A DNA stretch of 20,000 nt from an uncultured virus (IMG/VR IMGVR_UViG_3300020036_002912) (lineage: Duplodnaviria > Heunggongvirae > Uroviricota > Caudoviricetes). Under the pieces are notes generated by a model that was not told where the DNA came from, did not search any database, and was given only the letters and a program-made list of their open reading frames with translations. The stretch lies in the IMG/VR virus record IMGVR_UViG_3300020036_002912. The stretch is one strand, 5' to 3'. Position numbers and translations under genes: made by a program. Below are positions 8,401 to 16,249 of the stretch, one piece after another. The first letter of the stretch is position 1. Each line of letters begins with the position of its first letter.

Positions 8401-11400
8401 TAAGTTAGAAGAATTAGGGCTGAGTGAAGAAGGCGATAAGGTGGCGGATAATTTAGAGAAATTAGACGATAAAGAATTAGAGCATTTGGCTAACATGCCC
8501 GAAAAGGAATTTGATGTTTTTGGGAATGAGATCGTAGATATTATTATCCGTAAAGATTTAGAGGGAGATGTGTTTCAGAAACCAAAAGAACTTCAATATG
8601 CAGAAGACCAATTGTCTAAAGCAGAAAAAGAATTAAAGGCATCTAAAACAGCATTCGATTCTAAGCGCAAGGAATTAGGTAAAGAAATTAACGCCGATCA
8701 GGAAGACTTATTTGGAGAAAGAAAATCAACAGAGGGAACAGGATTGTTTGATGAAAGGGTTGATATGAGCGCCTATGAAGGTGTTATTGCTCCGTTTAAG
8801 CAAAGATATGACGCGGCGGTATCTGAATATAATAAATGGAAAAAGAATGTGGATGGCTTACAGGGAATGGAAGATTCTCAAACATCGTTGTTTCAAAAAG
8901 AAGCCAACAAAAAAGCTAAATCAGAAGCCCTGACTAAAATAGTTGAAAAGCTAAAGAAGTCAATGCCTAAAGTGAAGGTTGTTTATGATAGCAATTTAAC
9001 AGCGGCAGGTAAATGGTCTCCTTCAACAAATACAGTAACTATTAATCCATTCTATGCAGGATTAGACACTCCTATTCACGAATACGGGCATGTGTTTATT
9101 GAAGCTATTGGGTATAACAATAAAGTGATACAATCGGCTATTAAGCAATTAAAGTCAACTCCGTTATGGAAAGAAACTTCAGAACGCTATCCTGAATTAG
9201 ATGAAAAGAATTTAGGTATTGAGGTGTTGGCAGAAGCGATCGGATTAGAGGGTGAAGGGATCTTTGAAAAGGAAGCTGATAAGAGCAAATTCCGTCAGTA
9301 TTTAGAGTACATCTTTGATTGGTTAAAGACTAAGCTTGGATTAAATAAGAACGTTGCGAGATCACTTGCTAAGCAGATCGTGGCCGGTATTGGCACTAAG
9401 AAGATGCAGGGTAAAGATGGTGTTGCAAAAGAGCAGAGAACTAAGCCAATGGAAAACAAATCCGACAAAGAATTAGAATATTCTACAATCGGATCTTTTG
9501 AGTCTTACAGAAGCAAAGCTTTAAACAGAAACTTACAGGCTATTAAGAAGTCAATAAGAAATGCTAAAGCTAAATTGGCGAATGAAGAAACAACTGCAGA
9601 AGAAGCTAAAGGACTTCAGGAAATACTTGATTACCACGCTAACCTAGAAGCTCAGGACAAAAAAGCCTACATGGATTATCGTAACGACATGAGCGAGATC
9701 AAAGGACTCATGGACGAAAAGGAAATCCACAAATACAGCGAAGAAGAATTATTCAAGATTTACAACAACATAATTAACTTCCAAAAATACGCTAAGGGTA
9801 CTTTATTACCGGATGTAATGAAGAAGATTGGTATGGCTTTATTCGATAAGCAATCCAACGCTTTAAAGAACGATCCTAAGACAAAGGAGATGTTTGATGA
9901 AGATTTATCAAAGATAAAAGACCTTACGCCAACTGAAGTGAGAATGAAAGTATTATCTCACATGACTCAGAATTTCCCTGAATTACAAGCTTTAAATAAG
10001 CTTTATGATTCGGCGGTGTTTGCTAAGGAAAAGGAAGCTAAAGAAAAGAAACGCACCTTAGAGAAATTAGGTAAGAAGGTAATTGAAGAAAAGAATAAGC
10101 AGTTAGGGATAGCAGCCACCGCGGGATCAGCGTTTAGTTCTGATTCAGCTAAGTATTTTGAATACTTGGACAACGGACAGGGTGAATATTTAACTGTTAA
10201 CCAGGCTAAGAAAAAAGGATTGTCTGATGCTCAGATTGAGTTCTTAAAATACATGCGCGAATTAGTGGCGGAGAGAGAAGGATTAGCGAGCATCGGCGCG
10301 GATGTGGACAACATGATAATGGAGGTTATTAAGATTGATCCGGGATTCAGAGAAACATATAAGCAGTCAGGATTAGCAGCAGCATACAGCCATTTATTAG
10401 GCGACACTTACAATATCAGTAATGTCCGCATTCCTTATACAGACCCAAACACAGGTAAAGAAGGCGTTACTGAATTTAAGAATATCGAAAAGATTCTTAT
10501 TGATTACGGCAAACAAGGATTGCCTCAAATGCTTAAAGCGTTGGCATTACTAACTAAATACAATTGGCGCGCACGTAAACAACTGAAAGTGGGTAAAAAC
10601 TACGATCAGCGCGGAGAAGAGAATAAATTAAAAATTATAACCGGCGGCGAATATACACTTGATGGTAATGGAAATCTGATCGGTAAGTTTGATCGTAAAC
10701 GTAACAAGGATAGAGGTTATTCAAAAGACTTCTACAAAGCCGCTATGTCATATATTGACGACACGGCCCATGTTAAACACATGACTCCATTAATGCCAGC
10801 GATCAATTCTATTCAATACCTTAATGAGAATGGGGTGTTTGGAGAGAAGGGTGAAGAATTACATGGTAAAAAGCCTAATGTAGTTAAGTGGTTAGAAGAC
10901 TGGAGAGACATGCACATCTTTAAAAAGGAGAAGGAAACTATCCCGGAATTAGATTTTGCATTAAAAGCACTTCGATTTATGACATCTGCCACTACGATGT
11001 GGTTTAACTTACCTGCAGGCGCTATGAACTTGTTTATAGGTTTATATAATAACTGGAGAGCGCAAACTGAACCTATTCTAAGAAAGGGTAACGCGCGGTT
11101 GTTCTTAAAAGGAGCGAGAAAAGGAGATAAAGGTTATGGATATGGCGCATTAAACCCATACGCTGTTGATATTATTCGTAAATACAATGTAGTATCTACA
11201 GATATTGATTCTAATCCAAAGATATTCGCAGGACGTATATTTGATACAATTGCTAACGGGGCCACAAGATTCGGGGAGTTTATCGTACAGGGGTCAGGAG
11301 TGTTAGGACTAATGGATGAAGAACTATACAATAGTTTTGAATATAAAAAGGACAAACATGGTGTAGAGCAATTAGTGGTGAAAGAAGGATTAGATGAGAA

Positions 11401-12061
11401 AGAAATTGAGAAAAAGATATTAGCCCTACGTAATCGTATCTCAGATATTCAAGGTAAATATGCAGATAAGGATAAGCGTAATTTCATGAATAATGAATTA
11501 GGCAAGGCTGTGATGCAGTTCAAAGTTTGGATCCCAGATTTTTTCATCGAGCGCTTCGGCCAACCTTATATTAACGCTGATGGTGAATATAGACAAGGGT
11601 CAATGCGTCCCCTAATTAAAGACGGGTTTAAGGATTTAAGAGCTGAGTTCAAGAAGCAGGGGATTAACGCTTTAAAAGCCAATACTCCGGATGCTATTGC
11701 GTTTAGACAAAACCTTAAAGGCTTAATGGCTATTACATTATTGTCGATCCTGGCCAACACCGGTGATGACGATGAAGAAAAGAGTTTAGCTGTTAAAATG
11801 GCCTCGAAGGGACTAAGCGACATCTTATTCATATTTAACCCAACCGACCAAGGAACGCTTAAATTCACATTATCTAAGCCTATTGCGGGGATGAGTGTTG
11901 TTGATAGATTTATCGACACAGCCGATCACCTATTGGCTTTTGAGGAAGATGACTATTATAAGCGTACAGGTGCCCCTAAGATAGGTAACGACATCTTAAA
12001 CGTGATGCCTGGTAAAAAACTTATTAAAGCGGGTGTTGATTTAATTTCGGATGATGAATAA
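5405..12061 (+). CDS. Large polyvalent/ejection-type virion protein with a zincin-like metallopeptidase domain
   Basis: 2218 aa. G/A-rich hydrophobic N-terminal region (NNAIGGAFGAAGPG), Pro/Thr-rich linker, DTPIHEYGHVF (HExxH at 9077-9091) followed by EVLAEAIG, and a helical C-terminal region with hydrophobic segments. Confidence 0.7.
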   Translation: MPEDVIPVGSLKPIQQPSTQPVGNLKPIGGIVEGFNPNELIQNQDKFNEVLNNIEDVSEDEKNIIKKLALAAHDGDKGVTSADVSDAILTLQGRSKEQGGGKYYVKEVAPEVYKPISLKPGEKPPKGYDVASVWGTQSSANDDTAVTSLGKHLWNGVIGAGEGLINMSDLAYGAATGEESPWYQSMKNSAQKFKFATPDYEKGEIFNTEGINSVSDFFDPSRYDFSKDKVQGQIFQGLESLTSFLLGTKGVSGITGATSKAGKIGEAYVGSYAVNYGESLQAAEDAGLTGREKYAYAGITTVPTAALDVAFGTEGLFVKNQLARDGKKKMLESLAKGFKEDIGGKLTKESLEDLYKTTTAAATNLNKSFTRQLGENILEEAGTESAQALVQNGAQMIYDQISKEPKFGKDAFSLESIGEYLNNAIGGAFGAAGPGVYGVSQERKASKEELQSSNAYEAVKKGKDAVNALRADVYSSYKSGDLSQQEAANAVSKINAYYDFNQQLGETKLPDEQRKQVLDLAFQKELLYNSIKDTDKEKLSPIEMAKYEAKAKMAKDIQAQINDIVLKPEVEKEVTVGDKTMEDIAKKEEKEAEAGTAKPEKKVKVDDRKFEVIPPVDWNTKKASEKFKILTRDLQESNEPVQGSLTLESGGPGRTTSDTVHVNLPGNKFVITASSAKSLATQLRGHFKTEFVEGDIENLPVVVKPMQLTSGKTVLGIYNEGNGKFISYVREDDKGGSKYSKAEEEQLQHIQATGKLSKGEIEYYNNKRKDDKQPPPAGEAGTMEPKTPVTPIMPQGGLKPISDVTTTRQTTGEGTTVGKTEPVTGDVSETSEQDVKNVKEIKIRTGTKRNQTSVKHPERKKALAHEVTDPYHVVLQYFSGKGTISSAAIGELYGTKGDSNTKDETKAFQEKWARKSYTTSKERTLKGTETLDALAHKLWEGNRANTPDATTSEYREAIETAIGKHLMPREFAKELNDILIPKEQRQTFENEEAYNAYYDKLEELGLSEEGDKVADNLEKLDDKELEHLANMPEKEFDVFGNEIVDIIIRKDLEGDVFQKPKELQYAEDQLSKAEKELKASKTAFDSKRKELGKEINADQEDLFGERKSTEGTGLFDERVDMSAYEGVIAPFKQRYDAAVSEYNKWKKNVDGLQGMEDSQTSLFQKEANKKAKSEALTKIVEKLKKSMPKVKVVYDSNLTAAGKWSPSTNTVTINPFYAGLDTPIHEYGHVFIEAIGYNNKVIQSAIKQLKSTPLWKETSERYPELDEKNLGIEVLAEAIGLEGEGIFEKEADKSKFRQYLEYIFDWLKTKLGLNKNVARSLAKQIVAGIGTKKMQGKDGVAKEQRTKPMENKSDKELEYSTIGSFESYRSKALNRNLQAIKKSIRNAKAKLANEETTAEEAKGLQEILDYHANLEAQDKKAYMDYRNDMSEIKGLMDEKEIHKYSEEELFKIYNNIINFQKYAKGTLLPDVMKKIGMALFDKQSNALKNDPKTKEMFDEDLSKIKDLTPTEVRMKVLSHMTQNFPELQALNKLYDSAVFAKEKEAKEKKRTLEKLGKKVIEEKNKQLGIAATAGSAFSSDSAKYFEYLDNGQGEYLTVNQAKKKGLSDAQIEFLKYMRELVAEREGLASIGADVDNMIMEVIKIDPGFRETYKQSGLAAAYSHLLGDTYNISNVRIPYTDPNTGKEGVTEFKNIEKILIDYGKQGLPQMLKALALLTKYNWRARKQLKVGKNYDQRGEENKLKIITGGEYTLDGNGNLIGKFDRKRNKDRGYSKDFYKAAMSYIDDTAHVKHMTPLMPAINSIQYLNENGVFGEKGEELHGKKPNVVKWLEDWRDMHIFKKEKETIPELDFALKALRFMTSATTMWFNLPAGAMNLFIGLYNNWRAQTEPILRKGNARLFLKGARKGDKGYGYGALNPYAVDIIRKYNVVSTDIDSNPKIFAGRIFDTIANGATRFGEFIVQGSGVLGLMDEELYNSFEYKKDKHGVEQLVVKEGLDEKEIEKKILALRNRISDIQGKYADKDKRNFMNNELGKAVMQFKVWIPDFFIERFGQPYINADGEYRQGSMRPLIKDGFKDLRAEFKKQGINALKANTPDAIAFRQNLKGLMAITLLSILANTGDDDEEKSLAVKMASKGLSDILFIFNPTDQGTLKFTLSKPIAGMSVVDRFIDTADHLLAFEEDDYYKRTGAPKIGNDILNVMPGKKLIKAGVDLISDDE

Positions 12062-12070
12062 GAAAATTAT

Positions 12071-12079
12071 TTATATTTA
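12071..12079 (+). promoter_or_regulatory. Candidate late promoter element TTATATTTA (copy 2)
   Basis: In the 35-bp gap, 17 nt before the ATG at 12097. Identical to 1332-1340. Confidence 0.4.
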
Positions 12080-12096
12080 CCTAAAAATTAAGCATA

Positions 12097-12795
12097 ATGG
12101 CTATCACTAGACCAGATTTAAAAATAAACGTAACAGTTGGGGCTGAATGCTCAGGATTCACCGTTGATGATACAACCGGCACCTACGACGTAACAACCAA
12201 TCCTGAAGGTTATGGATTACCTGACGGGCCAACAGTTAACAATGTAACAGGATTAGTGATCGTTGTTACTAACCAATCTGAAGGATGGTATTTAACTTAC
12301 ACCTTCACAATATCTTCAGGAACAATTACGGCCTGTACACTAGGACTTAGCGGAGCAACTGCTACAAATATATTAGCGGAACTTTCAAGTACCGTATGGC
12401 CATTCATTACCGGTGTAAATGCTTTTGATGCAACCGCCGACTATGGTGTTACAATTCCTGATTTAACTGACGGTATCTATCAAATAGATTACACTATCAC
12501 TGGAGAAGCTTATGGTGACTCAGCACCTCCAACATTATCAGCATTCAGCTACACTACATCAGAACAACCTGTATTAGCGTGTGATCTTTGTTGTTGCATA
12601 GACAATATGTTCATAGAAGCTGCAGGATGTGATTGTGGATGCGATGGAGCTATGAATGCAATGAGAGCAAGGTATTACGCCACGCTAGCTAAATATGCAG
12701 CGGGTAGAGGTGATACAGATTTAGCAATTAACAATTTTGAAAAAGCACAATCACTTTGTGACGGCTGTACAGGCGGTTGCGGAGGGTGTAATTAA
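12097..12795 (+). CDS. Putative structural protein, beta-rich N-domain plus Cys-rich C-terminus
   Basis: 232 aa. Thr-rich body with DGIYQIDYTIT (Ig-like-looking strand). C-terminus CDLCCC...CDCGC...CDGCTGGCGGC. Confidence 0.6.
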   Translation: MAITRPDLKINVTVGAECSGFTVDDTTGTYDVTTNPEGYGLPDGPTVNNVTGLVIVVTNQSEGWYLTYTFTISSGTITACTLGLSGATATNILAELSSTVWPFITGVNAFDATADYGVTIPDLTDGIYQIDYTITGEAYGDSAPPTLSAFSYTTSEQPVLACDLCCCIDNMFIEAAGCDCGCDGAMNAMRARYYATLAKYAAGRGDTDLAINNFEKAQSLCDGCTGGCGGCN

Positions 12796-12816
12796 TAACA
12801 TTTAAAACTTAAAACT

Positions 12817-13326
12817 ATGTCAGTAACTTATGACGGATCGAGCTGCGATTGCAATATAACCTCTACACGCGGTGAAAAGGGAGATACAGGTGCAACAGGC
12901 GCTACGGGTGCTACAGGAGCCACGGGTTCAACAGGCGCAACAGGAGCCATGTATCCTACTTATTACACGTATCAACCGTTTGCATCGGCAAATGACATTT
13001 ATGATAGTGGTTCAGGATATGAATATCAAGTATCAGGTAGTATGCCAGCGGGAACAAACGCGGTGTATTCTATCACATTTAATATTTATTCTACAGAAGC
13101 GAGACAAATTCAAATTATTCCAATAGTTAATAGTGTTCAAGATCCAACATACGAACACCGTACAACAATGGCCGCACCGGTTGGTGGAGCTACGCGTATT
13201 TCTGTTACAGTATCAGGATATGTGGCTTATACTGCAGGAAACAACTTTAAATTCTTAGTTAAAGCTGAGTCAACTCTAGGAAGTCCTGTATTGAAATCAG
13301 TAACAGGATTCTATTATTGCATATAA
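12817..13326 (+). CDS. Short collagen-like fibre/decoration protein
   Basis: 169 aa. N-terminal CDC, nine Gly-X-Y triplets, then a beta-rich C-terminal domain (possibly a BclA/C1q-like trimerisation head, by inference). Confidence 0.7.
   Translation: MSVTYDGSSCDCNITSTRGEKGDTGATGATGATGATGSTGATGAMYPTYYTYQPFASANDIYDSGSGYEYQVSGSMPAGTNAVYSITFNIYSTEARQIQIIPIVNSVQDPTYEHRTTMAAPVGGATRISVTVSGYVAYTAGNNFKFLVKAESTLGSPVLKSVTGFYYCI
12871..12951 (+). repeat. Collagen-like (Gly-X-Y)9 coding repeat
   Basis: Encodes GEK GDT GAT GAT GAT GAT GST GAT GAM as degenerate 9-bp units (GGN GCN ACR). Confidence 0.9.
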
Positions 13327-13327
13327 C

Positions 13328-13603
13328 ATGGCAACAACACAAGACAATATAATTCTAACCATGCTGAAGGCTAAATGCTATGCTGCATGTTGGGGTAGTA
13401 AATTGATCGACCAGGAAAAGGCCGGTGAGGACATCACTTGCTGTGAGGTGGAGCTATTTGTGTTTATAGAGCTTATACAAGTGATGGACAGAAGTTATTG
13501 CTTGTATTATGGAGAGAATGGGAATTTAAGTCCTACAGATCCATGCCTGACACAATTAGAGATGCAGAATCTACTCGGAAAGATTAAAAAATACATGGCG
13601 TAA
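13328..13603 (+). CDS. Small Cys-rich hypothetical protein, probably structural
   Basis: 91 aa with 6 Cys. Starts 1 nt after the upstream stop and is the last gene before the terminator. Confidence 0.6.
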   Translation: MATTQDNIILTMLKAKCYAACWGSKLIDQEKAGEDITCCEVELFVFIELIQVMDRSYCLYYGENGNLSPTDPCLTQLEMQNLLGKIKKYMA

Positions 13604-13606
13604 AAT

Positions 13607-13637
13607 AAAAACCCCCACATAATTGTAGGGGTTTTTT
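13607..13637. terminator. Bidirectional intrinsic terminator between convergent modules
   Basis: AAAAACCCCCACA-taat-TGTAGGGGTTTTT(T). A-run on the left, T-run on the right, one mismatch (G-U in the minus-strand RNA). Fills the gap between convergent stops at 13603 and 13639. Confidence 0.85.
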
Positions 13638-13638
13638 G

Positions 13639-14178
13639 TTAGTGTTTACCTAGATTAAAATCTATTTTGTCTTTAAATTCTTCATCTCGTTTCTTGAATA
13701 TTTCAGAGGCTAGTTTATCTTGTTTGGATCGCTTTTGCCCTCCTTTTTCTTTATCGGTTAGGCCATCCATCATCACCGGAACGTGATTTGCTACAGCGAA
13801 ATGTATATCGTCTTCATGGATTATGTGATAAAAATCTCCCTTCATAAACACTTCTAGGTTCGCAAATTGATTGTAGGCTATCGTTAATCCCACCATACAT
13901 AATTCACTGCACTCAGGACCGACAGCTACTATCACTCCCATGTTTGGTTTTATGTTATCAACAGATGATGTTTGCGCTAGCAATATTCCTCCGGCGGTGG
14001 TTTGATTGTCTCCGGTATCCATTTTCTTTATCAACACAGTGTGATTAAACGGCACTAATTGAGCTTTGATGTTCTGAATACCCTTCACGTCAATAAACGC
14101 TTTCTGTAAGGCTCTGTATGCCTTCTCGTAGCGTTCTTCTTTGGTTGTTTTTGTAGGTTCTGACATAGTTTTAATCAT
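13639..14178 (-). CDS. groES: GroES/Cpn10-family co-chaperonin with N- and C-terminal extensions (alternative start 14166)
   Basis: LVPFNHTVLIKK...TTAGGILL...GVIVAVGP...YHIIHEDDI matches the Cpn10 pattern (PLxDRVLV, TxGGIxL, GxVVAVG, ExDIL). Confidence 0.85.
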   Translation of the reverse strand: MIKTMSEPTKTTKEERYEKAYRALQKAFIDVKGIQNIKAQLVPFNHTVLIKKMDTGDNQTTAGGILLAQTSSVDNIKPNMGVIVAVGPECSELCMVGLTIAYNQFANLEVFMKGDFYHIIHEDDIHFAVANHVPVMMDGLTDKEKGGQKRSKQDKLASEIFKKRDEEFKDKIDFNLGKH

Positions 14179-14371
14179 TAAATAAAGGTTTTACAAAGTT
14201 AGGTTTGTTATTGTTTAGAAGTGTATCTTCCACTGCTGTTTCGTGAATAGATAGCCCATAAAGGCGGATCAAAGATGCTGCTTTATGCGCCGTGTCGGTT
14301 TTGAGTTTTTTCTTTTCTATTATACCTAAATCAGATAGGTCTTGTAATAGTTGTTCGGATTTTTTCATCAC
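14171..14371 (-). CDS. Hypothetical protein
   Basis: 66-aa ORF co-oriented in the operon and abutting groES. Start is GTG 14371 or ATG 14368. Confidence 0.55.
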   Translation of the reverse strand: MMKKSEQLLQDLSDLGIIEKKKLKTDTAHKAASLIRLYGLSIHETAVEDTLLNNNKPNFVKPLFND

Positions 14372-14404
14372 AGAATTGTATTGTTTTTATGTTGGTTTAA
14401 AATG

Positions 14405-14668
14405 TTACAGGTCTGTATTGTTTTTTAAATATTCTTGATAGTCCGCACCGTGCTTTTTGCCATATTCTTTCCCTTCAAAAGTGGTGGCGTTACCTTCCAT
14501 TCTTACCTTACCATATTTGTCTAAAAACAGAAAGTTATCAAATTCTTTAATTCCGTTTTGTTTAGCTATCTCTAAACGCTGTTCTACCATTGAAAGCTTA
14601 GGCAAAATAGCTCTACCAACTTCTTGACCTTTAAATAGCCAAACTATCATTTCATCTTGATGCTGCAT
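14405..14668 (-). CDS. Hypothetical protein
   Basis: 87-aa ORF overlapping the upstream gene end by 17 nt, co-oriented. Confidence 0.65.
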   Translation of the reverse strand: MQHQDEMIVWLFKGQEVGRAILPKLSMVEQRLEIAKQNGIKEFDNFLFLDKYGKVRMEGNATTFEGKEYGKKHGADYQEYLKNNTDL

Positions 14669-15092
14669 AATATTCTTGTTTTAATAATTCTCGTTTTTCT
14701 TTTAGTGCTTTAAATTCTTCTCCTGAGCTATCTCCGAAATCAAATTTATAATGACAATCGGCGCATAGTATTTCAATGTTTCTGTCTAACAACCTTAAAC
14801 TCGGATAGCTTCCTTTGCTAAGGATGTGTGCGAAATTACTTGGTGTTGCTTCTTTTATCCCACTCTTACATACCGTGCATTTGTGAGGTCTTGTTTCCCA
14901 AATTGCTCGAAACATCGCCAGCTCGCCGGTTGGTTTTTTGACATACGTTTTCTTCTTAGTTTCCTTGCCTTCAGCTTTCTTTTTATTTTGTTTAAGTTCA
15001 TAGTTCCCTCTTGCGCAATATCCCGCTTTCACCACGATAATATTCTCTTTACCGTGGCACACGCAGATCCCTTTATGTGGTTTGAATGCCAA
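14652..15092 (-). CDS. Zn-binding HNH endonuclease, NinG/Rap-like
   Basis: CTVC...SNFAHILSKGSYPSLRLLDRNIEILCADCHYKFD gives CxxC-H-N-CxxCH. Extra N-terminal CxCH...C cluster. TTG start directly after the upstream TAA. Confidence 0.75.
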   Translation of the reverse strand: MAFKPHKGICVCHGKENIIVVKAGYCARGNYELKQNKKKAEGKETKKKTYVKKPTGELAMFRAIWETRPHKCTVCKSGIKEATPSNFAHILSKGSYPSLRLLDRNIEILCADCHYKFDFGDSSGEEFKALKEKRELLKQEYYAASR

Positions 15093-15644
15093 TTAAATAT
15101 CAGTTATAATTATTACTACTCTTTGTTCTTCTCGTTTACATTTTACTTGATTAGGTAAAAACTTATGCACCACAGACGGTTTGTCGTCGGTTATAACGCC
15201 TCTTTCAACTAACGCATCCCCGATGTGCTTAAAGCTACTACAAAAGTTATCCCAATCCATCAGAATTGATTTATACCCTATGTATTCAATCTGCACAGCC
15301 CCCGAATGTTTTTTAACTTTACCTGAGATTAAGTGATCGCTTATTATCTTAGCATACGTTTCTTTAATCTTCTTTACATGAGTCCAATGCGCTCTCATTA
15401 ACCCTTTATCTCCGTTAAGTCCGGGTATTAGCCCTTGAATAGTTAAAGCAGATTTAAACCTTTCTTCTTTTAAAGGGACATCTTTTTCGTGTTGCTCGAT
15501 AATCTCTTCTTTAGTGTAAAGTTGGCTTGTTGACTTTCGGGTAACAACCTTATCGCCAAACACGCGGCTATATGACCCGTCTTCGTTCTTAACCAATCCT
15601 TTTTGTTCAAGGTCTTTAAATGACCACCTATCGTTCTTAGCCAT
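15093..15644 (-). CDS. RusA-like Holliday junction resolvase
   Basis: MDWDNFCSSFKHIGDALVERGVITDD resembles the RusA DxDN..K...D.L...G...DD motif. C-terminal strand RVVIIITDI. Confidence 0.75.
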   Translation of the reverse strand: MAKNDRWSFKDLEQKGLVKNEDGSYSRVFGDKVVTRKSTSQLYTKEEIIEQHEKDVPLKEERFKSALTIQGLIPGLNGDKGLMRAHWTHVKKIKETYAKIISDHLISGKVKKHSGAVQIEYIGYKSILMDWDNFCSSFKHIGDALVERGVITDDKPSVVHKFLPNQVKCKREEQRVVIIITDI

Positions 15645-15960
15645 TCTTAAACACCTTTTTAATAGATTCTAAGCATTCTTGTTCGTTATACGGGCGGATC
15701 TCGTAGGTTATTTTACCATTAGTGATTACAGGTTCGCCGATGTTCATTCTCACTGGAATACCCCAACGGTATGCAAGCCACATAATATCGTTATCCGACG
15801 GACCACCCTTTTCTCCTTTAAGGTAACGCGACATTTGTGCGGCATGTAATTTATGCCCACGTTCATTTGCATCACGAATAATGTCGGAGGGGCGGTGCCC
15901 AAGCTCCTTCCATCGCTTCTGAAGCAGTGATCGTAATTTAGTTATTTTTGCTAGTCCCAT
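15637..15960 (-). CDS. Putative XRE/Cro-like helix-turn-helix protein
   Basis: LHAAQMSRYLKGEKGGPSDNDIMWLAYRWGI resembles the XRE recognition helix and following helices. Confidence 0.55.
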   Translation of the reverse strand: MGLAKITKLRSLLQKRWKELGHRPSDIIRDANERGHKLHAAQMSRYLKGEKGGPSDNDIMWLAYRWGIPVRMNIGEPVITNGKITYEIRPYNEQECLESIKKVFKNG

Positions 15961-16249
15961 TTGAGTAGTCTTTAGATTTTTTAATTATATCCACCATTGG
16001 TTTGTTTATCACAAGGGTAGGATCGCTAACAGCTTTGCTAACCATTTCTTTTAGGATTTCTTCATCCCATTCATCCGCGAATGCCACTTCTCCTACACGT
16101 ACTCCGTTGCTGGCATAGTGCACAACAATTCTGCTGTGTAATAGTATTTCGTTGTTAGGGTAAATTGGCCTGTCGAATGTTTCTCCTGTAATTGTAAAGT
16201 CAATCCCTTCGTAGGTAATTGTTTCTTTATGGGTTAGTAGTGGTTTCAT
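15938..16249 (-). CDS. Hypothetical protein
   Basis: 103-aa ORF overlapping both neighbours by 23 nt, co-oriented. Confidence 0.65.
   Translation of the reverse strand: MKPLLTHKETITYEGIDFTITGETFDRPIYPNNEILLHSRIVVHYASNGVRVGEVAFADEWDEEILKEMVSKAVSDPTLVINKPMVDIIKKSKDYSNGTSKNN

Noticed and set aside
268..11919. Antisense and alternate-frame ORFs in the + module (268-543, 603-887, 1298-1507, 2012-2302, 2166-2372, 2320-2904, 5054-5236, 7081-7677, 7693-7920, 11134-11355, 11566-11919)
   Set aside because: They overlap longer coherent genes, mostly have the S/F/L-rich composition of shadow ORFs, and show no motifs.
5405..12061. Giant protein as a crAss-type virion RNA polymerase
   Set aside because: I found no DxDxD catalytic motif (DFDID/DFDGD type). 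The nearest strings, HDGDK and TDIDS, do not fit.
12871..12951. Tandem DNA repeat as a CRISPR array or VNTR
   Set aside because: The units are 9-bp codon repeats with varied third positions and no spacers, fully explained by the collagen-like protein.
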